Source: Dipteris shenzhenensis | Taxonomy: Eukaryota | Direction: 5' to 3' (one strand) | Assembly (NCBI GenBank): GCA_047967505.1 | Contig: CM106538.1 | Length of the DNA: 64,000 nucleotides | Shown: positions 10,898 through 22,850 of the stretch, piece after piece | Numbering within the stretch: position 1 is the stretch's first letter | Layout of the letters: the number at the start of each line of letters is the position of its first letter | Notes under the pieces: model-generated | What the model was told of the DNA's origin: nothing | Database searches by the model: none | What the model saw: only the letters and a program-made list of their open reading frames with translations | Made by a program: the position numbers and the translations under genes

Positions 10898-13800
10898 CTA
10901 GTCATCAAAGGGGTTTGTGACAGGTTCCACTCTCTCTTCTTCCCCCTCTCCATCATGCTCTGACCTGATCCGTTTTCCAGAACGATCTGCCACAAGTGGC
11001 TCAACAATGCTAGCCATAATACTGTTGTCTGAATCAAATGAAAAACAAGGCCTGCCAATGGCCTGACAAGCACGCATAAGAGGGGCTGTACCACAACCCA
11101 TCTCTAGAACCAGCCCTCCAGGAACACAGAGAAGAGACATAATGCAACCTACAAAAAAACTACTCCTCTCTAGTCCACCTCGTGCTAGCTGAGAAGACAT
11201 AGGCATGATTGTCCTTGCAGAGGGAGGTATGTAATGAGTCCAGACATCTTCACGTGGATCAATCAAAAGCTGTTGGAAAAGTGGAAAGCTCTCCTCCCAA
11301 AAAACTATTGGATTCTTCTTTGCTCTACGTATTAGAGCTAATACTGAAGATTGCATCTGGAAACCACATGGAGAAAAACATGTATAGTATATTGACTTCA
11401 ACTAGCAAGCATTATAGCATGAAAGATGGCAAAGATAGCATGCATAGGACTTATCCTTCCAAACATAGCATGCATAGGACTAACGAGGAGACATTTGTCA
11501 AAGACACTTTTATCATGGAATGCAAACATAGAATGCATGGAATGGTAGCTTACCTTAACACTTTTATCATGTTCTCTACAAAATCCATATGGAAACTTGT
11601 CATGAATGATCACACGTCTGACAACCTCCAAGCCCTGGACATATGCAAACCATTCCATCCAACCAATACATTGTCCTACAAGCAATTAATTTTATTTAAA
11701 ACTAGTAGAATGGAAACAAAAATGTGAAATGTCAATTGTGGTATTGTGCCTTACCTGCCAAAGGACATATGCATGCCAACCAACCACTATCAGACAAAGA
11801 AGCTGATGCAACTGCAAGCCCATGCCGCACATGGTCCTCGAGCAAGACATTCCAAGTAGGAGTGGATCCTCTCTCATCAAGTGGATAGCCAGATGGAAAA
11901 TCGAGCAATATAAAATCTGAAGCCCACTTCACCTTCTTACCCATCCTCTTGTAGTCCTGATCTCGACTAGCCACTGTAATAAAAAACTCATGCAAAATAG
12001 CATACTTATCATTTCTTTTAGAGTCAGCAAAGTCTTTGCCCATTGCAATGTAATCTCCAACTGTACAAGCAAACAAAGGTGTGATGCCACGGGCCAAGGA
12101 AATGTCAGGTGACTGTGATCGATGGAACACGTATTGCTTCACAAGTCCCGAGATTGATTCTCCACCTATATGCAAAAGCAAATTAATTACAAGTAAAACT
12201 AGTGTTAAAGGAACAACTACATATGCAGAACACAACAACACCCTTACCTGCACTCTCTATGTGATCCATTTCATGCCGCATAGGACTAGATGGTCCCTCA
12301 TCTAGAAAGAGAACAATCATAAACTTATTAATGCAATGTCAAAACAAATTGAAGACAGCATCAACAAACAATCATATTGTATCTTCCTTACCTTTTTCTG
12401 GAGGATGTTCTTGTTTCTCTTTCTCTTTCTTATCTCTCCTTGAGCTTCCCTCCACTTTGTCCTTACTTGCTTCATTGGCTTTTTGTGAAGCATAAGTATT
12501 GTACAAGTCTCTTTCTCGCACCAGTACTTGTCCTTTAGGAAAATCTATCCACCAGGGACAATGTGCTAATTCCCATTGAGAGAGACGGTGCATGCCAGGT
12601 GGATACATGCATGCAGCATGACCAATCTCCACCCAACTCTTGCACAAATTTGAAATGTCAGAGATCCTTTTCTCTATTGCCAAGTGGGAGAGATATCTAT
12701 CAACCAAGAAACACAAAAAAATTGGATGTCCCAAACCATCAAAAGGTCAAAAAATCAAGTGGAACAACCATCAATGATTGTGTAATTACATGAATCAATA
12801 GCACAAAAATAGACAAATGAAAAATGAACCTTCGAATGAATTGACAACATACCTATAAACCACCTATGGGCAGCCATGTCCAACTCAGATAGTCCATCTC
12901 CTTTTTTTCCACCCTTGCTCTCCATCTTTGTTTCCTTTGATCTTAGCATCACAAACATATGTTTTCTCCCCTCCAGTTTTATATCCTCCATGTATTGCTG
13001 CAATGTGTAATCCTTAGGGGTATCCAAAGGCATGCCCATTGTTGTGATCACCCTCAAATCTTCAAGCACTTTCAATGACTGTCTCTCCACCTTCTCCAAA
13101 AATATCTCTCTACTAATCCACCTAAACAGTAAAAGTTGACGCAATTTTATAATAAAAAAATAAGAGTCATGTTATTGGCAAGAAACAAACAAACACCATG
13201 AAAGATGATTCGTATTGGTAGAAGAAACACACCCTCTGTACTCAAGGTCGCCACAGGCATGAAGTACATGTCTCGCATAGGTTTAGTGGCTTCTAACAAA
13301 GAAAGGAAAATATTTTTTTTTTCTAATCTCAAATCAGACTTTGCAATGAGTTGGAGCTTCTCCAATGTCACGCAAGAGTCCGCACCATCAAAGCGCAAGG
13401 CAAACAACTTTTCCAACCAAGCCTCTCCAAGACCAGGATCTATACAATTCAACACCTATCCAAAGATGACATGTCAGTCACTTAACTTCAAAATAAATGC
13501 AACAAAGTATAGAAAATTCAATTCACACCTTTCCCATCCTATCAGCAATTCTCTTTTGAATTATGGTATGCTGCTTTCCTTGTGCCTCTCCCCTTTGATC
13601 TAAAGGTAGCTTTGTAGATATTTTGTCCATTGCTTTTTTAAGCTCTGTATTGTACTCAACCTACATACATAAGTTCCAATTAGAGAAAGCAAAGGAGTGA
13701 TACAGAAGTAAGCATCAATACAAATGCAACATTCTACCTGGAAGACAAGCCTTGCCAGATAACCTCTTGTCAATGGAAACCATGGCTTCTTCCCTTTACT

Positions 13801-14745
13801 CTCTTGAGCCCTCCAATTCTCTATTGATTTGATCTCACTCAAAGACAATGTTTTCATAAACATCATAGAGTCACACTCACAAATGTTGTGTGCATTTATG
13901 AGTATGTCCCTTAGACTGGGTTTGATAATGGCATGTTCATTCATGCTAGAAAACAAACAGTAAAGTACACAACCCAATCAATTATAAATGCAAAGTGGCA
14001 GCATAAAACACAAATGTGGAGAAGATTCAAAGAGTCCATGTACTTACGAATTCATTCGTTGTAGCCCTGCCAAGAGAGCAATCTCACTAATTTTCCTTGG
14101 GTCAATTATTGTGCATACCACTCGTACATGTCTTTTCTTGTTTGTAGGAAAGATTTCCTTGATAACACTCATCCATGCAGTGGTCCTATGATTGCCCTCC
14201 CAAACAAATAACATCTTTTGCGACATAAAATGAAAGTCAGTGTTAGACATCACATCTTTCTCAAACTCCTCATCCACCTCTCTCCAGGTGGGAGACCAAC
14301 TCTTCCTCATATCATCTGTCACAACTATCTCCCCTCCATCACTCTTGCAGACAGATACAATGAAAGACCCTTTCTCCAGGAGATAGCCCTCCACTTGAAA
14401 TGTACTTTTGAGTGAAGATACATCATCACGAAGTCCTCTCACTCTTGCATAAGGTATCAACCTACACAAGGGAATGCGAGGACACTGGTTTGAATCAAGC
14501 ATCCTACATTTGCCAATCACATCACCTCCTCCTTCCACCTGAACTTCACTATCATCCAACTCATCCTCCTCCACTCTTGGACCTTTATCTCTTTGAGTTG
14601 ATGATACTTCAACCTCTAGACCCACCACACTTTCTTGCTCTTCGGTTCCACCTACTGATGATTCAACATTGTGATCTACTTTTGTTCCTCTTGTCACCTT
14701 TGTAGAATGTGCCACTTGAACTTTTCTGCCTTTTTTTCCTGTCAT
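10898..14745 (-). CDS. Multi-exon (~10 exons) ParB-like domain + beta-class N6-adenine/N4-cytosine DNA methyltransferase-like protein, inside the MULE
   Basis: First coding exon 14745-14048 has RIPLCRLIPYARVR..FVWEGNHRTTAW (ParB/Srx GxHR). Phase-compatible GT-AG junctions lead to exons 13945-13738, 13660-13529 and 13455-~13230. Later exons give DFILLDFPSGYP (motif IV-like, ~11885-11917), LSDSGWLACIC, and PGGLVLEMGCGTAPLMRACQAIGRPCFSFDSD (motif I/II-like, ~11030-11125), ending at stop 10898. Some middle junctions are unresolved. Confidence 0.7.
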
Positions 14746-15317
14746 CCTGAAAAGACAAAAAACAAGGCATTTTTCCAATCATAGTTCTCAAAACCTTTTC
14801 AATAAAAACCAAAACTAAAAACAAGAAACAACATGTAACAACAGATAGAGTATAACCTACGGCAGGTTCAAAGGTCTTCTCAAATCTTTCCATATGCTCA
14901 AAAAAACATGAGAGCTTTTTCACATGTATATATGATAAAGGGTTTGTTTATGAAAACATATGCAATACATATCACGAGGGCAAAGCCCCAAACAGATAAT
15001 GAAGTGTGTACACCTCATAAGGAAAAAGCTTCAAACAAATATCTCAAACTGCTGACATATATGAATGCAAAGGTGTGTAAACTCGCACTTATGAATAAAT
15101 ATCATTTTACATATCTAGACAAAAATACATGTATCTACCAATGCAATTGATTTCCAGTTTAGGGAACATTCACCCACTTGTGTCCTAAAAGACAAAGTTT
15201 CATCTCCAATGCACATAGTATATCAACTTGCAGTGGTATCTATACACTTAGATATATGGAATTGCAGTGGCAAATATGCACTTCTATGCCTACCCCTTAC
15301 CCTGATGAAAAGACACC

Positions 15318-16540
15318 TTGAGAAGCGAAAAAGGACAGCGCGTTAACGTGCTGTCCTTTTTGGCATCTCAAGCTGTCTCTCATGAACGCTTTTCAGCAAG
15401 GCTTTTCTACTCAATCCTCCATGTATCAATACTCACAAGAGGTTGCTTCGACTATTTCATCTTTTGTCTCCAAGTATGCTTTGGTATACAGGTCTTATGG
15501 TCTTTGGAATGCTATTGGACTCTTGGAGGGATAGGTCACATGGTCTTTTGATCGCTATGCAAGGAGGGGACTATTGGACTGCCCGAGGGACCAAAATAGG
15601 CAACGCGTTAACGCGCTGTCTCTTTTGGTCTCTCATGCAATTCTAGAGCATAAATAGGACTGTCTTCGAAATGCTACCTAGATGCCGATGGTCTACAAGG
15701 TTTTCTAAAAATTTTCCTCTTATCTCTACACTTGAACATTGGGGACTTGCACTCGCTCATTTGTTTTGTGAGCTTCTTTCATCCGTTCAAGAGTTGAATA
15801 TCACTTGAATGCCTCTCATGGGAGAGGGTCTTGGACTGTCTGGGGCAACAAAAGAGGCAGCGCGTTAACGCGCTGCCTCTTTTACAGCCCTCCACAGTCC
15901 AAGTTCCCCTCCCTTGCATGACTCTGGGTAACTCTAGCAACCACATACATGCCTCGTATATATGGTTTGTAGAATATGGGCACAAATTTTTGACGGCAAG
16001 TCCTATAAAATGAAATGATACCTCGGGCTACTACACAACCAAGTCAACAAAAAACCTGTGAACACCATTGAGTCCTAAGCAACAACCACCGAGCAATGCA
16101 AGCAAAATGGAGTAACGAAACAAAATGGAGCAAGCAAAAGTCGTGAAGAGCCCGAGGAGATAAAATCCGACGCCAAAATGCAGACTAATAAGAGTATACA
16201 GAAAGGCGTACATCCCATAGCCTGGGGCAGCAAAAGAGGCAGCGCGTTAATGGGGCAGCAAAAGAGGCAGCGCGTTAACGCGCTGCCTCTTTTGCTGCCC
16301 CAGGCTATGGTGTGTATGCCTCCCACACTTCCCACAGTTGAAATGCTGTGGTGGCAGTTGGACTGCCTGGGGCAGCAAAAGAGGCAGCGCGTTAACGCGC
16401 TGCCTCTTTTGCTGCCCCAGGCAGTCCAACTGCCACCACAGTTAACGCGCTGCCTCTTTTGCTGCCCCAGGCAGTCCAACTGCCACCACATCCAAGAGAG
16501 GGCAGGAAGGTACACCACATCCAAGAGAGGGCAGGAAGGA
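15318..16540. repeat. Array of long palindromes with core AAAAGAGGCAGCGCGTTAACGCGCTGCCTCTTTT
   Basis: GTTAAC centres at 15342, 15607, 15864, 16274 and 16391; perfect 96-bp palindrome 16346-16441; half-copy duplications at 16223-16250 and 16441-16490. Confidence 0.95.
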
Positions 16541-16689
16541 TACCTGAGTGCGACGTAGGTGATGAAGAAGGAGGCCTGGGGAGGGAAATAGGAAGCGAGG
16601 AGGTTGACGATGGAGGGGGGGTGGGCGATGAAGGCACGGACGTTAAAGGTCCAATTGTCGTCTATGTTGGAGGCGTTTTCATGCGCTAG

Positions 16690-17459
16690 AAACCATTAAA
16701 GAAGGCATGCCCGTTGGAGCTCTTGGTGGTAGTCAGCCGAGCTATTGGGGAAGGCTATAGCATGAGCGTTGGTTGCCTTGTGGAGGCACCTTGCAGGTCG
16801 TTGGCGTCTACTAGTCCCGGAAGGCTGCGGAGGCTCTCTGAGTTGAGGTAGACAAGCTGAGTTGGGGAGCTTTGGAGAAGGTGCAGTAAGGCGCTAGAGT
16901 CCATTGCATGCGCATTGTGTAGAGCGGCGTTAGAGCATCACTGCCGCTGAGCAAAAAAGCCATGCTACCGGTTGAGGAGTCGTTTGGCCATTTGGAGCAC
17001 TGCTGGCTAGCAGTTGTTGGCGACGAAGAAGATGGTCGAGCTGCCTGGGCTGAGGTCGGTAGCGATGGTGACGCCGAGGAAGACTGGAAGCGGAGCAACA
17101 AAAGGGAGAGGGCGAGTGCAGCGGCGAAGGTATGAGTAGAAATGAAGACTAATAATGGGCGAAGGGAGATGGAAGCATTCCAAAAGCGGCAGGAAGGGAG
17201 GGTTGAAGGTATGGAGGTCGAGAATGGAGGTGGAGCTCTGAAGCAGGCGAGGGTGATGAAGGAGGCAGACATGGAGGGGACGGAGGGAGGGATGAGAAGG
17301 GAGTGAAGGGGGAGGAGGAATGGAATTAGAGGAGTGGGGAGTGAGAGTGAAGGTGGAGGAGGAGGAGGAGATATTGGAGAAGGAGCTATGGAGATATTGG
17401 AGCGATAGAGATGGAAGAAGGTGACGACGACGACGATCGTGGTGCATAAGGTAGACCAA
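16690..17459 (-). pseudogene. Possible degenerate ORF of unknown function inside the MULE
   Basis: The frame of ORF 17007..17459 continues past in-frame stops as plausible protein (..IFFVANNC*PAVLQMAKRLLNR*HGFFAQRQ*CSNAALHNAHAMDSSALLHLLQSSPTQLVYLNSESL..). No recognisable domain. Confidence 0.3.
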
Positions 17460-17460
17460 A

Positions 17461-17635
17461 GCGAAGCGAGGTTAAAAGAGAATGAGCGAAGCGAGGCGAA
17501 GGCAGGCGAAGGAAGGCGAAGGAAGGCGAAGGCGAAGGCGAAGGAAGGCGAAGGAAGGCGAAGGCAAGGAAGGCGAAGGCGAGTCTAGAGGCGAAGGCAG
17601 GCGAAGGAAGGCGAAGGAGTGCAGTAGGAAGGAAG
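17461..17635. repeat. (GAAGGC/GAAG)n purine-rich simple repeat
   Basis: Run of GGCGAAGGAAGGCGAA units, directly visible. Confidence 0.9.
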
Positions 17636-18275
17636 CTACAGTGCACGAGTTAGTAGTAGACAGCGTAGCAAACGAATTCTCTTGACGTAAACGCTGATGC
17701 CGTTTAGGATGTCGTCCGAAGTGCATTCCTGTGTTTGTATCCCTTCGTGTTGATATGTTTCCAGGAAACTTTTGTTTGCTTTTTTCAATGCATCGTAAAT
17801 CAATGCCCTCACAAGACGAATATAACTGTGACTTCTGTAGCGCAGCACCTCCTCGTCCTGGCAGACATCAAACATCTTGTAAAATTCGTTTTTAGACTTT
17901 TTGTTGCGCAATCTGTTCGCCATCTCTTCCAAGGCCTGGTTGAGATGCGTGTTGAGGTTGTAGGCAGTTCGTTTCAGTTCGTTTCCCGAGTACACAAAAG
18001 CTGATCATATAATACACTATTTTGGTTTTTCAGAATCTCCATCTCTTCCTGAAGCTTCGAACAGAAGTCCTGAAGTTTCTCTACCTTCTGTTCGAGCTTG
18101 TTACTTTGCACGGCCTCGTCGAGAAACGTTCTTTCTGTCGGAGGGGAGTCTTCGACCTCTGGTCCGGACAAAGCCCTCTTTCCATAGTCGAAGACTCGTG
18201 TGGACCTTGGACGTCGACGCTTAGTTTCCCGAAAGGATTCGCTTCTTGAGATCTTCCTCTTCTTTTATGAGCCAA
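17636..18275 (-). pseudogene. Small coiled-coil orphan ORF inside the MULE, frameshifted
   Basis: Overlapping frames 17974..18171 (SNKLEQKVEKLQDFCSKLQEEMEILKNQNSVLYDQL, heptad pattern) and 17636..17995 join by a frameshift near 17990; divergent from the transposase. Confidence 0.45.
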
Positions 18276-19104
18276 TGTTTTCCATCAATTTCATCAGCAT
18301 TTACTCCACTCGAATTCCAATGGACCTGTCACCCCGCCCAACGCTCAGTCAATGGCAGGCCTAGCCTTTAGAGAAACGATTTTATCAGATTTTGCAGGCC
18401 TGGTCATTATTAGACGGTAGGAGAAGACGTGGGTATGGGTAACGCCAGAAACCGCATAACCCTTGTAATAGTGAGGAGAACACCTTGTAATGACTCATGA
18501 TGGAAATAGTAATATTGCTCGTTCATGCAAATGTGAAGTAAACTAACACGTTTTGATAGTTTTCATTTTAGATATGGATTTGAAGATACTACTCATTCTA
18601 ACTATTACTAGTAAAATATAGTAATTATAAATCTTTAATTTTTTTCTTAATATTTTAGTCTTTCAATTATATAAATTTGAAAGTTACTTCTCTTTTTATT
18701 CATTTATATTAAATGTACACCCTTACTGAATGAAATGCATGTAGGCGTCATTCAAGTTACTATATGCATGAAGGCATCTTGTTCAAAGATTACCATTATT
18801 CTAAACAAATAAACACATCTTGTTCAATAAAGACTTGCAGTTAAACGACCACCTTGGATGCTAATAGTGACATCCATTTGCATTTGACACTTACAGAGAC
18901 GAACTTGCTTCTTCTCTTCTCTCCCATAATCCCTCTCAGTGGCTCTTTCAACACTTCTCTTTGCTCCATTCTCTTCGGTCTCCAACACATCTATGCCATT
19001 TCTTCTTTTGCCTCCCTGCTTCCGGACCCTTTGTGTAGCTAGCTTTTCTCTTGTTCTTTGGTTGGTGTCGTCTGGTGCTACATCTTGGCTCTAGCATTTG
19101 AATC

Positions 19105-22100
19105 ATGCCTTTCTCAGTTTTCATTCGCTTTGGAGAACACGAATCATTGACCATTCGTTTTGACACTCCTTTCCTGGAGGTTTCATTGGTGGAGCTTAAG
19201 GAACACTTTCACATTGAGAACGAGGACATTGAGCTGCATCAAGAAATCGGAATAGATGAGCTTGCCATTGTACTTCTAGTGGTAAACTTAGAGGATGGTC
19301 AGAAAGGGTTCAAGATTAGTGGTAGCCAACAATCAACCTTAAGAGTTCACATGCCCTATAAAAGAGGTTCTCATGGTGACTTTATGAATCATGAACTAAA
19401 TAGTGTGGTTTCACTGATAGAGAGGATGCCTTTGAATAGTTCTCTTCATGTTGCGCTCAAATCTGCAGTTCGAGTGGAGAAAGTTACTGAGCTTCCTCTA
19501 ACTTATGATGGATATATTGTCTTCGAACTTCCACCTATGCCTAAGGGTTCACCAATGTCTGGAATGGATCAGAATACTGATGGTCATGTTTGGACAAAAT
19601 ATTCCACATGTTCGCAAGACTGCTTCAATGGTGTTGTGAGAATGAGTAGATGTTCAGGTTATTTGAGATGTTGTAATTTGGATTGTCCTTTCCTTGAACG
19701 AATGGGAGTTTTAAATGATACACAATGGAAAGGAAAGCTTAGGAGACCTCCTCTACCTGGTCCCATTGATCCAGCCTTGGGGTCACTTGTGTGCAAGCAT
19801 TGTGATGCAATACCAGAGTGTGTTTACCTATGCAGTGCTATTATATATTATTGCTTTCCCCATGAATGAGTGAAGACAACGAGATGTGCAGTGCATGTGG
19901 GTTTCCATGACCATCCAGTTGAAAAAGGTAGAAGTCGAGCAAAGGAAATGCAAGTAGATGATCTCATTTCAATGCGTGCAAGGTTGAATGGAAATTCCTC
20001 TTGCAAAAAAATCGAGGTGTCTGTGGCACAAGACCTTGTGATGGAGATGATGCTAGCAAAGGATGGGGTTGTTGTGGAGCCGCTAGATGATCAAAAGTTC
20101 GAAGAAGTGCTTGAAACCATTACACCAATGACCCAGAGAAGGAGGCTTCAGAGAGTGGTGCAGAGCGCAAGAAGTGAGGCTAGAGGAGGGGATGGTGGAA
20201 TGGATTCAATACTTGATTTAAAGAGGAGATGCAAATATCCATACCTACAAAGTATCCTATTTCCTGAACAATTGCAAGATGAACAACAACCACATATCTT
20301 CAAAATGTCGACCATTGGTCCAGGATCAGGAGTTGATCTAGTGAATCGCATGCGGCCTGGTGGGAGCTTGGGATCACAATGGGTTCATTTTGACCATGTG
20401 CATCGAGTGAGGGGATGGTCAACAATGGGTGCTCATGTGTATGACCCATTCATAAGGGAACTATTAACTATAGCAATATGTGAATTCAAGGTGGAGGATA
20501 ACCATGCTCAAGTTCGATTCTGGGAGCTACTGAACAATACAATGGAGAAGAATGGTTTTAAAAATCCTGAATTCCGTGGATTCATGGCAGATGGAGCAGG
20601 AGCAAATTGGCTGGCTGTCCGCACTGTTTACAATGGGGGACCGGAAAATGTGATGGATGGTAGAGAAAGAACTTGTGTTTTCCATTGGGAGATGAGCATG
20701 GTTGAGCACACCAGACGATGCATTAAGCCGCAATTTCAGGAGGAGCATAAACTTCTATGTCGGAAGTGGAGAGAGGCAACAACTTCAACTTCTGCAGACC
20801 AATGCAAACAAACATTGAATTTGTATTGGTCCCCAATTCATGTGAAGGAGGGTGAGCTACCAACATTGCATACGTGGCTTGCTTGGTGGGATGTTAGAGT
20901 CAACCAGTGGGGGGGAATGTTCTTGCAGCAAGAAGAGCACTCTGGATTTGTTCCTACAGTGAACCTTTCAGAGACAAAACATTCTAGCATGAGAGCAGCA
21001 CATGGATATGCAAAACACATAACATTGTATGATGCTTGTGCGCAGATCTTGCAATGAGTGTCCTTCAGAGTGCCCACTACAATGCCTTTATGAATGGAAG
21101 ACACTTGGGTACAGGACCAAATTTGGATGCTCTCCGACGAAGAATACTTGATGGTAGTGGGTCTGGTAAAGGGGACAGAAATAGGCTTGTGGATTCATCA
21201 CACATAGTGATTGAAGAGGGTGGGATACAATCTCCTGAGATGAATAGGCCAATAACAGAATCGGTGAGCATAAGAAGAAAGAGGGGTTCAAAATGTTCAA
21301 CATCGGTCCATGCAAATGATAGTCATCGACCAGAATACATGACAGTGACAACAAGGAGAGTGATAGGGAAAAGAAGACAAATTGATTTTAAAAGTCCATC
21401 ACAGGACGTGGTTTGTAGAGAGATAGATATTCATGAAGCCAATTGGGCGATCAGGAGAACTGAACCACATAGCGTTGTCACATGCTTTGGCTACTTGGCA
21501 GAGAGTCGGAGACGATGTGGGGCACTAATCAATGCACTTGGTAGAAGTGCAAGTTATGGTGTGCCAGCCCCTTGTTTTAAGGGAAGAAGGCAACATTCTC
21601 ATGGAGTGACAGAGCAGTTTGTATGGTTTTGTAATACTTCTGTCACCCATACATGGAATGTGGATAAATCCATTCAAGGTGTTCCTGGGGTCTCTCCAGG
21701 TGTATGGAAGGTTGCAAGTGGGACATCAATGACTGTAGACGAGAGGGGTGCCCTTGTAAGGGCAGGTTTCGTATTTAATAGTGATGATTCTATTGGTGTG
21801 ATGGGACCTCCTTATGCATAGCAGATCCATACACCTAGCCATGTGCACCCTTCTCATCGTGATGGAAAGCTTGTTTCATGGAGAAGTAAGTTGAATAAAG
21901 ATTTCAACGAAAGGATACACAAGGCAGTTACAGAAAATGGGGAGGTGGTGAGAGAGAACATCATTATTCCACATGAGGTGCATGTATTCCATGTTCGTAC
22001 AACAGGATCAATGTCTAAGGGGCTAACATATAGTGTCTTGATTTCAGAGTTTCCACGTTGCACATGCCTTGATTTCACAGAAAGGGAAGCAAGAAAAAGT

Positions 22101-22250
22101 CCCTACATGCCTTGCAAGCACATATACTTCGTGTTTATTGTTGTCTTGGGCTTAACTGAAATGGTGCATCAGTTTATGCATCAGGCTGCATTGACAAAAG
22201 TTGAATTGTTTCAAGCTCTGGGTGGTAGAAGAAACCCATCAAGTATGTAG
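19105..22250 (+). pseudogene. MULE transposase with GCM-like N-terminal Zn domain and C-terminal SWIM finger; two stops and one frameshift
   Basis: C/H-rich region ending GFHDHP (GCM/WRKY-fold like); catalytic-type WVHFD, FMADG, CVFHW and VNLSETKH; SWIM CTCLDF..CKHI. TGA 19867-19869, frameshift ~21040, TAG 21819-21821; no introns needed. Confidence 0.85.
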
Positions 22251-22850
22251 TGTATGGCTTGGATGCCCTTTTTTTTCAATTCCTTCAGAATCGGATAATA
22301 TATGTAGGTGTGCTTCCTTGCATGATGCTACACTAAGTTGTATTTTTTGAAGGTGGAAGAAACCCATGAAGCATTTAGTAGGCAGCCTAGATGCCTTTTT
22401 TATATTTCCTTTGGAAGCGGATGATATATATAGGTGTGCTTCCATGTTTTGGCAATGCACAAAAAAACATTTTGTACAATCATTCCAAGGGTTGGTTGGA
22501 AGATATTTTAAAGCATCAAATTTTTCTATCAACTTTTTTTTGTATGACATATGCTTTTTGTGCTATGGAGTTAATAACGTTTAGAAAAAAGGTGACTTCT
22601 GACAACATGAAGAGCAGTTAATGTAATATGTTACTATTCTCATTATTGAAAGCATTCAATGTTTTATTTTATCATTACTTTTTCACAACAAAGGAAACAT
22701 GATTTGAACATGTACTTCTGGAAACATGCTAGCCAAGATGCAGGCGAGTGGTTAAGCTTTCTTAGAGCATAAATTGTGGTAATTGGCTGTCCTGGATGAA
22801 TATGATGTGGCTGTTATTAAACAGATAACACCTTGCATTGTTGTTTGTCC

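Noticed and set aside
10898-14745. Bacterial contamination or a recent bacterial insert explaining the ParB-MTase gene
   Set aside because: The gene has multiple phase-compatible spliceosomal introns and sits inside a TSD-bounded plant MULE.
15318-16490. CRISPR-like array (palindromic repeats with unique spacers)
   Set aside because: Spacing is irregular and long (117-410 bp), repeat lengths vary, there are no cas genes, and the context is eukaryotic.
16075-16689. ORFs with repeated WGSKRGSALTRCLFCCP / LGQQKRQRVNALPLL peptides
   Set aside because: Artefacts of translating the palindromes; the same peptides appear on both strands.
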